This document shows positions 26,496 through 39,899 of a stretch of DNA of 64,000 nucleotides, piece after piece. The stretch covers positions 151,838,001 to 151,902,000 of the forward strand of contig OX597816.1 in assembly GCA_951406725.2 (NCBI GenBank), read 5' to 3'. Under the pieces are notes generated by a model. It did no database searches. It was not told where the DNA came from and was given only the letters and a program-made list of their open reading frames with translations. Position numbers and translations under genes: made by a program. Every line of letters begins with the position of its first letter. Within the stretch, counting starts at the first letter, position 1. Source of the stretch: Octopus vulgaris (lineage: Eukaryota).

Positions 26496-28183
26496 TGATG
26501 AGATTCATTGATTTTTGTTAAATATATATATTCAAGTTGATTATTTGTATTCCAAAATGTAATTACAACAGGAAGCAAGGACTGAAAAAACCACACATGA
26601 AATTCCAGGTATTGTGGAAAACAGTGATGAATTAAATTTACTTTGATATCAGTGATATCAAATATACATCAGTTCACAATTATTTATGACTTCTTCTGAA
26701 TTGATGTAGTAGTGGTCAATGTGTATTTATATTTTATTTGCTATGGTTTATATGACATATAATTAAGTGTTTATTGTGAAGTATAATTAGCTATATATTA
26801 AGTCTATTTACTTTGAAGATTCCACTTTGAATGGTTCGGTATATTTAAAAATGTATTGAAGATATCATCATCATCATTTAGTGTCCGTTGTTCATGCTGG
26901 CATGGGTTGGACGGTTTGACTTGGCTGGCATGCTGGAAGGCTTGCGCCAAAATCCAGTCTGATTTGGCATGATTTTCTATTGCTGGATGCCCTTCCTAAC
27001 ACCAGCTGCTCTGAGAGTGTAATGGGTGCTTTTATGTGCCACTGGCTCGGATGCCATTTACATAACATCTGTGTCTGCTACGACTGTGATTTTGCTTGGC
27101 TTGATGGGTCTTCTTCTCAAGCACGACATAATGCTAAAAGTCTTGGTTATTGCCTCCGTGAGGCCCGACACTCGAAAGGAACTCAGCTATCTAGCCTCCA
27201 TGAGGTCTGTTCGAAAGGAACTCAGCCACTTTGCCTCCATGTGGCTCTGGAGCTTGGCCCCTTTGCCTCCATGAGGTTCAATGCTCAAAAGGAACTCAGC
27301 TAACTTGCCTCCTTGAGGCCCGCTTGAAAGGAACTCAACCACCTTGCCTCCATTAGGCCTAACACTTGAAAGGAACTTAGCCACTTTGCTTCCATGAGGC
27401 CCAATGTATAACAAAATAAATGCTTGATAAATTACACTATTTGATAATGGTTTCAGGAAGAAACAATCATGTTTTTCTGATGCTTTCCTCTTCTGAAGTC
27501 CTTCAATCACAGTCTTAAGGCTGTTACCATTGATTCTTTTAACCACTTACATCATAGTTGAAGTCCTTTTCCTCATTCCTGATTTTTCTCCAGAATAAAT
27601 ATTTATCTCCTAAAGAATGAGCCTCTATAACATTTATTGATTTTCCCCTCATACCCCTGTAAGTTGTTGATTGGTTTAAATTAAATTTCTAGTTAATTAG
27701 TTTTCTTTCAGCAACTCTCTTGTGATGCAAGACTTTTTCATTGACATCATTTAACTCTAGCTGAAGGAGGAACTAATCTCACCTCTTTTTCTATCTTGAA
27801 ACATTGTTTCCAGTTTATTTTTCACTGTTTGTTAAAGAGGAGTGTTACTTGTTTGCTTGCATAATATATATATGTATGTCTATAAATTTACAGAAAGTTT
27901 GTGTGTGTGTGTGAAAGAGAACAGAAATGAAAAAATAAATAGAAAAGCCTATAATGTACAATCCTGGATGTGAAGTGGAGGGGATAAGGAAGAGAAGTGT
28001 GTCAGAGAAAGAAAGGTGTATGTACTATGGGGGAAGTTAGAGGTAGATAAATAGAGTTGATGAAATGTTTGAACATTTAATTAAGATGTAAATTAGAATT
28101 TCGTTTCACATTTGTCTTCATTTGTAGAATGGCTATTAGGCTTGGATATATGTATGCATGCATGTATGTGTGTGTGTGTTTGT

Positions 28184-28233
<50 letters not shown>

Positions 28234-28964
28234 ATGCGTGTGTGCATGCATGCATGTATGTATGTCTGTATAGGTAAAGTTCCATTATATCAGTATAGCA
28301 AGTTTTTCTGTAAAACCAATTTTTTTCAGTTCATAATCTGTTGAAACAAAATTAAAAGAATCTAATTATAAGAAAATCTATTAAAACCAACATTCCAGGA
28401 CATTTCAGCAAACTTCTTAACCACACAACCAACCAAGCCTCTGTCGGTGTGAAACATTAACTTTCAGCAGCAATATTTCTAAATAATGAACCAAAAAGCA
28501 ACAGGAAAACAATATTTGACTATAAAAAATCAATAGTTTCAGAAACCAATACTTAATTATATAATTTATCAAGTGTTCTGTTATATTTTCAAAAATTTTT
28601 ATCTGCAATACATTTTAAAATATACCACACCATTCAAAGTGGAGTCTTCAAAGTAAATAGACTTAATATATATCTAATTATATTTCACAGTAAACACTTA
28701 ATTATATGTCATATAAACCATAGCATATAAAATATAAATACGCATTGACCACTACTACATCAATTCAGAAGAAGTCATAAATAATTGTGAACTGATGTAT
28801 ATTTGATATCACTGATATCAAAGTAAATCTAATTCATCACTGTTTTCCACAATACCTGGAATTTCATGTGTGGTTTTTTCAGTCCTTGCTTCCTGTTGTA
28901 ATTACATTTTGGAATAGAAATAATCAACTTGAATATATTTAACAAAAATCAATGAATCTCATCA
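26496..28964. repeat. Long inverted repeat with ~365-bp arms (26496-26864 and 28600-28964)
   Basis: Manual alignment gives about 12 substitutions plus one 4-nt indel. Confidence 0.92.
26865..27402 (-). mobile_element. RTE-related SINE/LINE 3' end with a ~40-bp tandem array (27150-27402)
   Basis: Unit GCCTCC(A/G)TGAGGCCCAACACTCGAAAGGAACTCAGCCACTTT repeated ~6 times. (TGA)n tail at ~26865. Confidence 0.7.
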
Positions 28965-29238
28965 TCATAGTCATGATTATTGCTTTAATGCCTACTTTTC
29001 CATGCTTACATGAATTAGACAGAATTTGTTGAGGCAGATTATTCTGAGGGGATACCCTTTGCATTGACAACCCCCACTTATTTTCAAGCAAGGTAATAGT
29101 TTCCCATGACCAAATATCACTTACAAAGGAGTAAGCAGTCAAACCATTCAACCCATGCCAGCATGGAAAGCAGACGTTAAATGATGATGATGATGATGAT
29201 ATATATATCATGATGATTATGATGATGGTCATTATTAA

Positions 29239-29458
29239 CCCTTTCATTACTGTGTTTATTTTGAGATGCTCTGTGTTTCTTTCAATTACTTTAAATATAA
29301 CAAAGAATTTAGTAAAATAACTTAGTTATCAATAAGCTAGTGTTAAGAACGTAAATTGTGACTAAGGTTTGATAGAAGATTTTAATTCAAAACTTATGGA
29401 AACAAGACATTTGTACTCAGAGCCAGAGCCAGTTTCAGCCGGCTTGGTAACAAAAGGG
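29239..29458. mobile_element. piggyBac-type MITE
   Basis: TTAA|CCCTTTCATTAC ... GTAACAAAAGGG|TTAA. Confidence 0.8.
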
Positions 29459-29797
29459 TTAAACTTGTTTTGCACTGGCATAGGTTAGACAGTTTGACCA
29501 GGGTTGGCAAGCTGGAAGGCTGCACCAGACTCTAGTCTGTTTTAGCATGGTTTCTGTGGTTGGATGCCCTTTCTAATGCCAACCACTTTACACAGTGTAC
29601 TAAGTGCCTTTTCACAGCACAAATAAGGGTGCTTTTATGTGAAACCAGCACAGGTGCTTTTTATGTGGCAACAACACTCACATGCCTGCAGGATTAGGAA
29701 TGCTCAGCTGATTTATATATAGATGTATATATACATAGATATGTGTGTGAGTAAGTGTCAGAGGGGTGGAATAAAAGAATGAAAAATCTTTAAAAAC

Positions 29798-29918
29798 CTG
29801 AGGAGCCAGTGATATCCATTGCTTTCAAGTTCCGTGCCTTGATGATGGTAACTGTGAGGCGTCCAGCTGTGGGTAAGTAGCACAATGACATCATCAGTTC
29901 ACCCAGATCAGCTTTTTC
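29798..29918 (-). CDS. Synaptotagmin exon, start of C2B (121 bp)
   Basis: Acceptor TTCTTTATTTCAG| and donor CAG|GTTTTT. Translates [40 protein letters not shown](D), near-identical to the Syt6/9/10 C2B start. Phase 1 joins in frame to the 19999 exon. Not in the ORF track. Confidence 0.95.
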
Positions 29919-30351
29919 CTGAAATAAAGAAGAAACCTTAAAATTGTGTATATGTATTGTTCCTCATGTAATCAAATCAACAGCACCAGGACAATAACAT
30001 GACAGAAAGACTTGGGTTCACAAAATAAAATATGCTATATAGGGTTGTAGAATAACTTCATTCTAGTAAAGTATTTGTATCCTTATCAGGGAAAAAGGAA
30101 ATGCCAGTAGTTGAAGTAATAGTAATAGTAATGATAATTCTTTCTGCTACGGGCACAAGGTCAGAAATTTTGGGTGAGTGGCTTGTCAGTTACATTGATC
30201 TCAGTGTTTGATTGGTACTTATTTTATTGCTCCTGAAAGAATGAAAGGCAAAGTCAACTACAACAGTATTTGAACTCAGAATGTAAAGATATACAAAACA
30301 CCACTAAGCATTTTTGTCCAGCATGCTAATGATTTTGTTTGCTCACTAGCC

Positions 30352-30412
<61 letters not shown>

Positions 30413-30559
30413 TGAATATGCTTCTTTGTCACTTCCATTATAGCTTTGAAAAAATAACTTAAAATAAGGACAAGATAAAATTACTACCTGCTTTTATAGC
30501 AAGTTGATGCAGATAGTTTATTCTGTCCCCCTCTGACTTTTAGTTCATGCAATTGAAAA

Positions 30560-32830
30560 AAATGCATTTTTTATGGGATGACCCAATACATACTATGGAA
30601 GATATTAAAGAATGACCAAGTGACCATATTCAAGGATATGCCATTTCAAACAGGCAAGAATATTAAAGTAAATCATGTTGATATTAATGTGAAAGACTAC
30701 AAGGGAAAAGGAAAAAAATGTCTCCTAATTGATATAACAATTCCAATAAATGATGATATATCTTTGAATGAAATGGAGAAACTAATATAAGAACTGGAAA
30801 TAGAGATATCTAGGATATGTAGATTTAAAGCATAAAACTGCTGTGATAATGATAAAAAGTGATACAGACAAAAATATATATACAAAATATCCTATATGGA
30901 TAACAGAAAATAGATATGACAGAAAATACCACTACATATATATTATGTGGTGCACCCCCAAGTCAATAGTAATTGATTTTTAAAAAATATTGGAATGAAG
31001 CAAAACGAGGCATGTGCCCAGGGTCCTTGGTTGTGCAGTAAAATAATGCATTAAATTTTACATAAGTGGAATAATAATAATAGTAGACCTCTGACAACAA
31101 GCTACTGTCTGCTCTCACAGAATCAACCAGAGCAAACAGGATTGAGTGCTCTGAGAAGTAAAACAATGATAATAATGAAAATAATCCTATAATAATTGAT
31201 GCATTGGGAACTGTGAGCAAAGATATAGACAAATATTTTATGGAGAATGGAATAGAATGCCCTGTAGGGCTTCTACAGAAAGTTTGCCTCTTAGGGACAG
31301 GAAATATTATCAGGAGGGTTTTAAGCACTTGAAAGACTATTGAAAGCTTGTGGATATCTAAGGTTACATGTAGTAACCTGTTACACACATAGATTATACC
31401 AGGAATATGAATAAACCTAAATAAAATCAATAATAATAATAATTGTTGATCAGACATCAGAAGCCTGACATTGTTGTGGTCAACAACAACAACAACAACA
31501 ACAAAAAAAACTTCTATGACAATCAACATAGCTTGTTCTGGTGACAGCAGTGTCAAAGAGAAAGAAGAAAAAGTGAACAACTATGACAATTTGAAGTGGG
31601 AAATATGCAGGGTGTGGGCAATGAGGAGAGTGGACATGATCCAGTAGTAATTGGCCCTCAACTACTAATGTAGCTCAAAAAGATAGGTACAAATGTAAAG
31701 ATAGAACATCGACAAAAATCATCATTGCTTGGAACTGCAAAGAATTCTTTGCAGGGTTCTTGAAGCATGACCAATAAACAGGTGTCACCTTAATCTGCTG
31801 GCTGTGGACAGCTGACACTTTCCATCATGCCCAGCAAAATAAGCTGAGAGTTTTCAACTAATAATAACAACAACAACAACAATAATAATAACAATGATAA
31901 TAATAACTGTTTCTAACATAGGCACAAGGTCTAAAATTTGAAGGTGGGGGGATAGTCAGTTAAATTACCCCTAGTATTTGTCTGGTATTTTATTTTATTG
32001 AACATGAAAGGATACAAGGCAAAGTTGATCTTGGTGGGATAGAACTCAGAGTGTAAAGAGCTAGAACAAATATCACTGTGACCTAGCCAGAAAGATGAAG
32101 TGATTGTAGAAGACAAAATTGACAATTGTCCCTGTGATAATTAGTGTATTTAGCACTGAAACTGCTTCCTAAGAAGCTGGGGGATATTGGAATTGAGATA
32201 TGCATCGTTAACCTGCAGAAACTGTATCTTGTATTCTGCAAAGATTCCAAAGAAATATTCCTGAGGTTGGAGGAGACTTGTCATCAAAACTTAAGAGAAT
32301 ATCTGTGCTAATTAAATCAGTACGTAATAGCTTTTGGCAGGTATGATTAAAAATATGAAAAAAGAAGGAAAAAACCCCCAAAACCATGGAAACCATACAA
32401 GGACTCACAACACTGCCTAAAAAATCTTTGCAAGGAACAGCCACATCCAATGCAAGACACTATCAATTCAAGAGAATAGCTCACAATTCAACAGAATAAC
32501 CCAAATAACAATCTTTGCACACAACACACCCTATGAAATAAGCACCAAATAATCTAAAATAACATTACTTACACAATATATGTTATACAAAACTAAGGCC
32601 CAGTGAAATAACACATCCTATACTGCATTTGCCATTCAAAATAGAACATATACTAATATAACAAAAATCTAAACTCCATAACAAAACGGATTGATACAGT
32701 ACACCAACAGGGGGAATCTACACTCCTCCAATTCCCACAAAAAATAAGAACACACCTCAGGAGACATGGCGGTGCAGTAAGTAGTGGTGTAGAAACTCAT
32801 GTGAAACTACCAAAGAAAGAAAGAAAGAAA
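30560..32830 (+). mobile_element. Cluster of decayed R4/Dong LINE 3' fragments
   Basis: KCLLIDITIPINDDISLNEMEKL (30578-30790), PIIIDALGTVSK...LLQKVCLLGTGNIIRRVL (~31185-31330) and KPDIVVV...INIACSGDSSVKEKEEKVNNYDNLKWEICRVW (~31460-31620). Fragments are separated by (AAT)n. Confidence 0.75.
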
Positions 32831-32831
32831 G

Positions 32832-33610
<779 letters not shown>

Positions 33611-33632
33611 TAATAATAATAATAATAATAAT

Positions 33633-34926
33633 AGATGATCTAAAACTATACACTATGAATGATAAACAGCTGGAAACACTACTACAGACAGTACATGGAT
33701 TTACCAAAGAAATAAATATAAAATTTGGCTTAGAAAAATGTGCCAAAACAAGCTTGAAAAGAGGAAAACTAGTTAAGAGTAGTAACATCACACTAGACAA
33801 AGAAAATGAAATAAGAGAATTTGACCAAAGCCAGACATACAAATATTTAGGAATCAATGAACTAGATACGATACAACACACATAAATAAAAGAGAAAATA
33901 AAGAAAGAATACTATAGACAAGTTAGATCAATACTGAAAACAGAGCCCAATGCTAAAAACAAGATAATGGGTATCAATACTCTAGCCATCCCAGTTATAA
34001 GTTACAGCTACAATATCCTTAACTGGACACTAAATATACTAACCAAAATTGACAGGAAAACAAGAAAAATAATGACAAGATCTAAGATGCACCACCCAAA
34101 ATCTGACATAGAAAGGCTATATATACGATATATAGAAGGTGGTAGAGGCATTATACAGCTGGAAAACTATTATAAAATAACCACCATAGGACTGCAAAAA
34201 TACCTACTTCAGAAACAAGGAAAACTAATACAAATAGCCACAAAACACCAACAAAAATCCCAGCAATGGTTGAGAAATGGACAAGAAACAATAAATCATA
34301 TTATCTCTAGCTGCCCAGTCCTGGCTAAGAAGGAATATATTCACAGACATGACAGAGTTGGAACCTACATACATTGGAAGCTATGCCAACACTATGGAAT
34401 AACAACAGAAAAAAGATGGTATAGGCACACACCAGAAAAGGTCACAGAAAACGAGAAAGCAACCATACTCTGGGATATGCCGATACACACAGATAGAGAA
34501 ATTAAGGCCAACAGACCAGATATAGTTGTCAGAGACCATGAAGAAAAAATGCTTTCTAATTGATGTATCAATACCGGCTGATGACAACGTGTCTCTAAAA
34601 GAAATGGAGAAACTCTCAAAATACAAAGACCTGGAAATAGAGGTAACTAGAATGTGGAATCTGAAAACAGAAACAATTCCTATCATAGTAGGTGCATTAG
34701 GCATGATAAAAAAATATTCAAACAAATACATAACAAAAACACCAGGACTTACAAACACATATAACATACAGAAAATTGCAGTACTTAGGCACTGCACACA
34801 TCCTACACAGAATACTTTCCATACAATAACCATCAGAGCATCACAACAAATCACAGCACATACCCAAGGCACACAGAGCTGCGCTCGGTAGTGAAGTGAA
34901 AGCACGCTATAAAAATAAAACTACTG
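33633..34926 (+). mobile_element. R4/Dong-clade non-LTR retrotransposon, 5'-truncated (RT plus restriction-like endonuclease)
   Basis: RT: DDLKLY...FGLEKCA...YKYLG. REL domain: ETINHIISSC...RHD...RPDIVV...LIDVSIP...EKLSKYKDL...PIIVGALG. Flanked by (TAA)n. Another decayed copy at ~38270-39220. Confidence 0.92.
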
Positions 34927-34967
34927 AATAATAATAATAATAATAATTATAATAATAATAATAATCA

Positions 34968-37030
34968 TCATCATCATCATCATCATTTAGCGTCCGTTTT
35001 CCATGCTAGCATGGGTTGGACGGTTCAACTGGGGTCTGGGGAGCCCGAAGGCTGCACCAGGCCAGTCAGATCTGGCAGTGTTTCTACAGCTGGATGCCCT
35101 TCCTAACGCCAACCACTCCGAGAGTGTAGTGGGTGATTTTATGTGCCACCGACACAGGTGCCAGACGAGGCTGGCGAACGGCCACGCTCGGATGGTGTTT
35201 TTATGTGCCACCGACACAGGTGCCAGACGAGGCTGGCAGACGGCCACGCTCGGATGGTGTTTTTATGTGCCACCGACACAGGTGCCAGACGAGGCTGGCA
35301 GACGGCCACGCTCGGATGGTGTTTTTATGTGCCACCGACACAGGTGCCAAGATGAGGCTGGCGGACGGCCACGATCGGATGGTGTTTGTTACGTCCCCAA
35401 AGCACGGAGGCCAGTCTATGCGGTACTGGCTACGGCCCCGGTACTGGTACCACAAAGATACAAATTCCATTGATGTTCATCTATTTTGATTTGGTTTGAT
35501 TTGATTTTATTTTATTTTGATTTTCACTTGCCTCAACAGGTCTACACAAGTGTCACACACTTGCCTCAACAGGTCTTCACAAGTGTCATAAGAAGGAAGG
35601 TATGCACAGGTGGACTGACTACGTCGCCGGGTCTTCGGATGGTGTTTTTACGTGCCACCGACACAGGTGTCAGATGAGGCTGGCGAACGACCACGATCAG
35701 ATGGTGTTTGTTGTGCCCACAGCACGGAGGCCAGTCGATGCGGTACTGGCTACGGCCACGTTCGGATGGTTTTCTTGTGTGCCACCGGTACTGTAACCAC
35801 AAAGATACAAATTCCATTGATGTTCATCTATTTTGATTTGGTTTGATTTTGATTTTCACTTGCCTCAACAGGTCTTCACAAGTGTCACACGTGTCACACA
35901 CTTGCCTCAACAGGTCTCCACAAGTGTCACACACTTGCCTCTGCCTCAACAGGTCTTCACAAAGTGTCACACACTTGCCTCTGCCTCAACAGGTCTTCAC
36001 AAGTGTCACACACTTGCCTCAACAGGTCTTCACAAGTGTCATAAGAGGGAAGGTATGCACAGGTGGACTGACTACGTCGCCGGGTCTTCGGATGGTGTCT
36101 TTATGTGCCACCGACACAGGTGCCAGATGAGGCTGGCGAACGGCCACGATCGGATGGTGTTTGTTGTGCCCACAGCACGGAGGCCAGTCGATGCGGTACT
36201 GGCTACGGCCACGTTTGGGTGGTTTTCTTGTGTGCCACCGGTACTGGAACCACAAAGAATACAATTCCACTGATGTTCATCTATTTTGATTTGTTTTGAT
36301 TTGAGTTTCACTTGCCTCAACAGGTCTTCATAAGTGTCACAAGAAGGAAGGTATGCACAGGAGGACTGACACGTCCCAGGTAGGGGCCACGGGTTATGGC
36401 CTGACTAGTCTTGCCGGGTCTTCTCACGCACAGCATACTTCCATAGGTCTCGGTCTCTAGACATTTCCTTAGTGAGACCTAAAGTTCGAAGGTCGTGCTT
36501 CACCACCTCGTCCCAGGTTTTCCTGGGTCTACCTCTTCCACAGGTTCCCTCAACTGCTAGGGTGTAGCACTTTTGCACACAACTATCTTCAGCCTTTCTC
36601 GTCACATGACCATACCAGCGCAGCCGTCTCTCTTGCACACCACAACTGACGCTTCTTAGGTTCAACTTTTCTCTCAAGGAACTTACACTCTGACGATTAT
36701 GAACACTGACATTACACATCCATCGGAGCATACTAGCTTCATTTCTTGCGAGCTTACGCATATCCTCAACAGTCACGGCCCATGTTTCACTACCATGTAG
36801 CATGGCTGTACGTACACATGCATCATACAGTCTGCCTTTTACTCTGAGCGAGAGGCCTTTTGTCACCAGCAGGGGTAGAGCTCTCTAAACTTTGCCCAGG
36901 CTATTCTTACTCTAGCAGTTACACTTTCAGCACACCCACCCCCGCTACTGACTTGGTCTCCTAGGTAGCGGAAGCTATCAACTACTTCTAGTTTGTCTCC
37001 CTGGAACGTGGCAGAAGTTGGTCTCTGCAC
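34968..37030 (-). mobile_element. RTE-clade LINE, 5'-truncated, with tandem-expanded 3' UTR
   Basis: LEVVDSFRYLGD...RVRIAWAKFREL, LYDACVRTAMLHGSETW and RRLRWYGHV...GRGRPRKTW. (TGA)n tail at ~34968. Confidence 0.92.
35138..36360. repeat. Hierarchical minisatellite inside the RTE 3' UTR
   Basis: A ~59-bp unit occurs 4 times (35138-35385), a ~25-30-bp unit CACTTGCCTCAACAGGTCTTCACAAGTGTCA occurs in tandem, and a ~300-bp higher-order block occurs ~3 times. Confidence 0.9.
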
Positions 37031-37311
37031 ATAATAATAATAATAATAATAATGATAATAGCAATACTTTCTGAATGTCTGAATCCATCTCACACACTCT
37101 ACCACAACAAACCAAACTACATCCCTTCTCTTCCTCACATTTCCACTCCATGCACTAGGCTTACCTCCCACTCCCCAATCCTGTTCTCTTGGCCCTGTAC
37201 CACTGTATCATTGCTATCCGCTAGCTTCTAAACTGCATATTCCACCCACGCCTTGACTCATTGTATCATTGCGTATGCCTGGCACTTTGCCACCATCTCT
37301 ATCCTACTGTA

Positions 37312-37870
37312 TCCCTCTCTCTCCTTCACTTCCTTCAGGTTGGGTGACCATGTATTTCCTTTGCAGCAGTGCATCTGTTTCTGTCTTTATTCCTGATCTC
37401 TCTCTCTCTCTCTGGCCGGGTAACCTTGTACCTCCTCTGCAGGAAGACACCTGTTTCTGTTTCTCTGCCTCACTACAATTTTTCATCATCTCCTCCAATG
37501 CCCTCTCCCCTCTCAAAAGAGTTTTTTTGTTTGTTTTGCTAGTTCTTGGTGACCCCGTCAGTGCAGGTGCCACTTAAAAGCATCCAGTCCACACTGTAAA
37601 GACGTTGGCATTTGGAAGGGTATCCAGCTGTAAAACCTTGCCAAAACTGACCTCAGCTGTGTTTGTGCCACATAAAAAGCATGAAGTCCACTCTGCTGAG
37701 GAAGAGCATCCAGCTGTAAAGATCCTGCCAAAACAGTTACAGAAGTCTTGGTGCAAGGCTTCTGCCTGGTTGGCTCTTATCAAGCTGTCCTACCCATGCC
37801 AGCATGGGTGGGACAATTTGAGAGACATAAACAGGTGTCTTGCTGCAGAGGAGGCACAAGGTTATCCAGC

Positions 37871-37918
<48 letters not shown>

Positions 37919-37997
37919 AGAAATAAAGACAGAAATAGATGCACTACTGCAAAGGAAATACATTGTTACCCAGCCTGAGGGAAGTGCAGGAGAAGGA
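37312..37997. repeat. Inverted repeat with ~155-175-bp arms (37312-37466 and 37821-37997)
   Basis: Opposite-strand ORFs 37304-37573 and 37605-38081 share IKTE(T/I)DALLQRKY(M/I)VTQPEGS. Confidence 0.85.
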
Positions 37998-38021
37998 GAA
38001 AGAAAGAGAAGTGCCCGTAAA

Positions 38022-38054
<33 letters not shown>

Positions 38055-38690
38055 ATGACAAGCACAAGGCCAGAAATTTAGGGTGGAAACAGTTGCTGAT
38101 TATTGACTCCAGTACTTCGTTGATATTTTATTTTATTGGGCCTGTAAGGATGAAAAACAAATTTGATCTAGGCAGGATTTGAACTCAAAATATAATGAAG
38201 AGGAAGAAATAGCACAAGGTATTTTTCTGGCATTAATGATTCTGCCAACTTCTCACACTTTCTGCCTGCCTCTACCCTAAAAGAATTAACTGCGATAAGG
38301 TTGTAGAAATATCTAGAAAAACACAACCTACTGCCAAAAGAGCAGAAGGGATGCTGCAAAGTTTCATATGAAAGATTAATAACTGATGAACATAAGTTTT
38401 AACTAGAAACTGCAAAATGGGAAATAAAGATCTAAACATAGCATGGGTTGATTTTCAGAAGATTTAGATAGTATTTTGCACACAGGGATCCCAGAAACAC
38501 TAGCCATGAGTAAAGTAGCATCAGTACTAAATAAGACACTTTAATCAAATCATGGAGTAACTGGCAAACAATTTTGTAGATATAAACAAAAAGAAGAAAT
38601 TATATATATGAAACCCATCCACATTACAAGAGGACTCCATCTGTCTATCTGTCTGTCTGCCAGCCTGCCTGCCTGCCTGCCTGCTTGCCA

Positions 38691-38725
<35 letters not shown>

Positions 38726-39431
38726 CCTCTCTCCCCACTCCTTTTCCACCTCAAGCTGACACATTTAACTTAAATGTTATATAATACTGGACAGAGCTGA
38801 TAGATACAATAACCATCAGCCTAATGCAACAGAAGAAAATGAAAAAGTTGAAAGATTTCAACATTTAAGGTAATCATATGATTGAGGCCTGAAGATAGAT
38901 ATTGTTATCATTCATCTACAAAATGTAAAAGTACTGCTCAATAATTGATATGGCATCTCCAGGTGGCAACAGAGTGTGTTGCGCAGGAGCAAGAAAAACA
39001 CAGAAATATCAAAATTTAAAAAGTGAAGTTGTCAAGGTGTGGAGCATGGAAAGAATTGAAATTGTGCCAGTAGTGGTGGTGGTCACTGTTTGTCATCATC
39101 ATAAAACAATGAAATCACGGAGGAAGAAGATTGGTATTGAAATTCATTCAGAATTATTAAAGAAAACTGCATTGCTAGTAACTACAAGAATCCTAAAGAA
39201 GGTGTTTGGAAATTGAATTGATGAAAACAATAAGGTTGAATTCTATTTCATCCTTTACTCTGGAGGGTTCCAAAGGGCGATTTCTAACAAAGATTCTTCA
39301 TATTTTGTTGGTAGCTTACTGGCATAAGATTTTTCGAATATGAAATCATTAATTCTTTTCAAATTTTCTCCATCTTTAACAATTTGTTGAGTTTCTATGG
39401 GATACCTTTCCATAAATTCTCATAACACACC

Positions 39432-39690
39432 ATATCTCTTATATAAAATCCATTCTGCCTGTCTGTCAGTCTGTCTGTGTGCATGGCTTCTAGGATCTCG
39501 GGCATCCTCCATCTGATTGAGCCCAAATTTGATATGTAGATACTGACGGTATCAGGGCGTGTATAAGTCTTGAAAAAATTACAAAAATCGATTCCAGGTG
39601 AGAATGCGATAGATAAAGCCATGGGAAATCGTTTTTCTTTGGAATAGAAAAAAAGTTTATCTTTATTTCTTTTTTTTGCTGGTGTCTCAA
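39432..39690 (+). mobile_element. Non-autonomous Helitron-like 5' end
   Basis: A|TCTCTTATATAAAA followed by (GTCT)n. A similar layout occurs at ~58035-58270. No 3' CTAG end identified. Confidence 0.45.
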
Positions 39691-39899
39691 ATTTAGGTTA
39701 AATCAGTGTTTCTCAAAGGGGAGGTCTATGGGACGGTTGGACAAGTTGTTTTGAGAAAATTTGCTTTAATAGGTCAAAAAGAAGGTTATTTTTGGATTCA
39801 GGAGACTGATTTTGTATAGGAATGATGTCTATTTCCTAAACACCAAAAACCTTGTAGATTAGTGTAATCAAATGTAACATTTTCGCAAACTGAAGATTT

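Noticed and set aside
27150-27402. Tandem units with GTGAG...CTCGAAA resembling hammerhead cores
   Set aside because: There is no CUGANGA or compensated core and no stem I or stem III pairing.
35138-35385. CRISPR-like regularly spaced repeats
   Set aside because: The units are tandem with no unique spacers, there are no cas genes, and the context is a eukaryotic LINE 3' UTR.
35670-35695. CAGATGAGGCTGGCGAAC hammerhead-like string in the minisatellite
   Set aside because: No viable stem II, GAAA or stem III.
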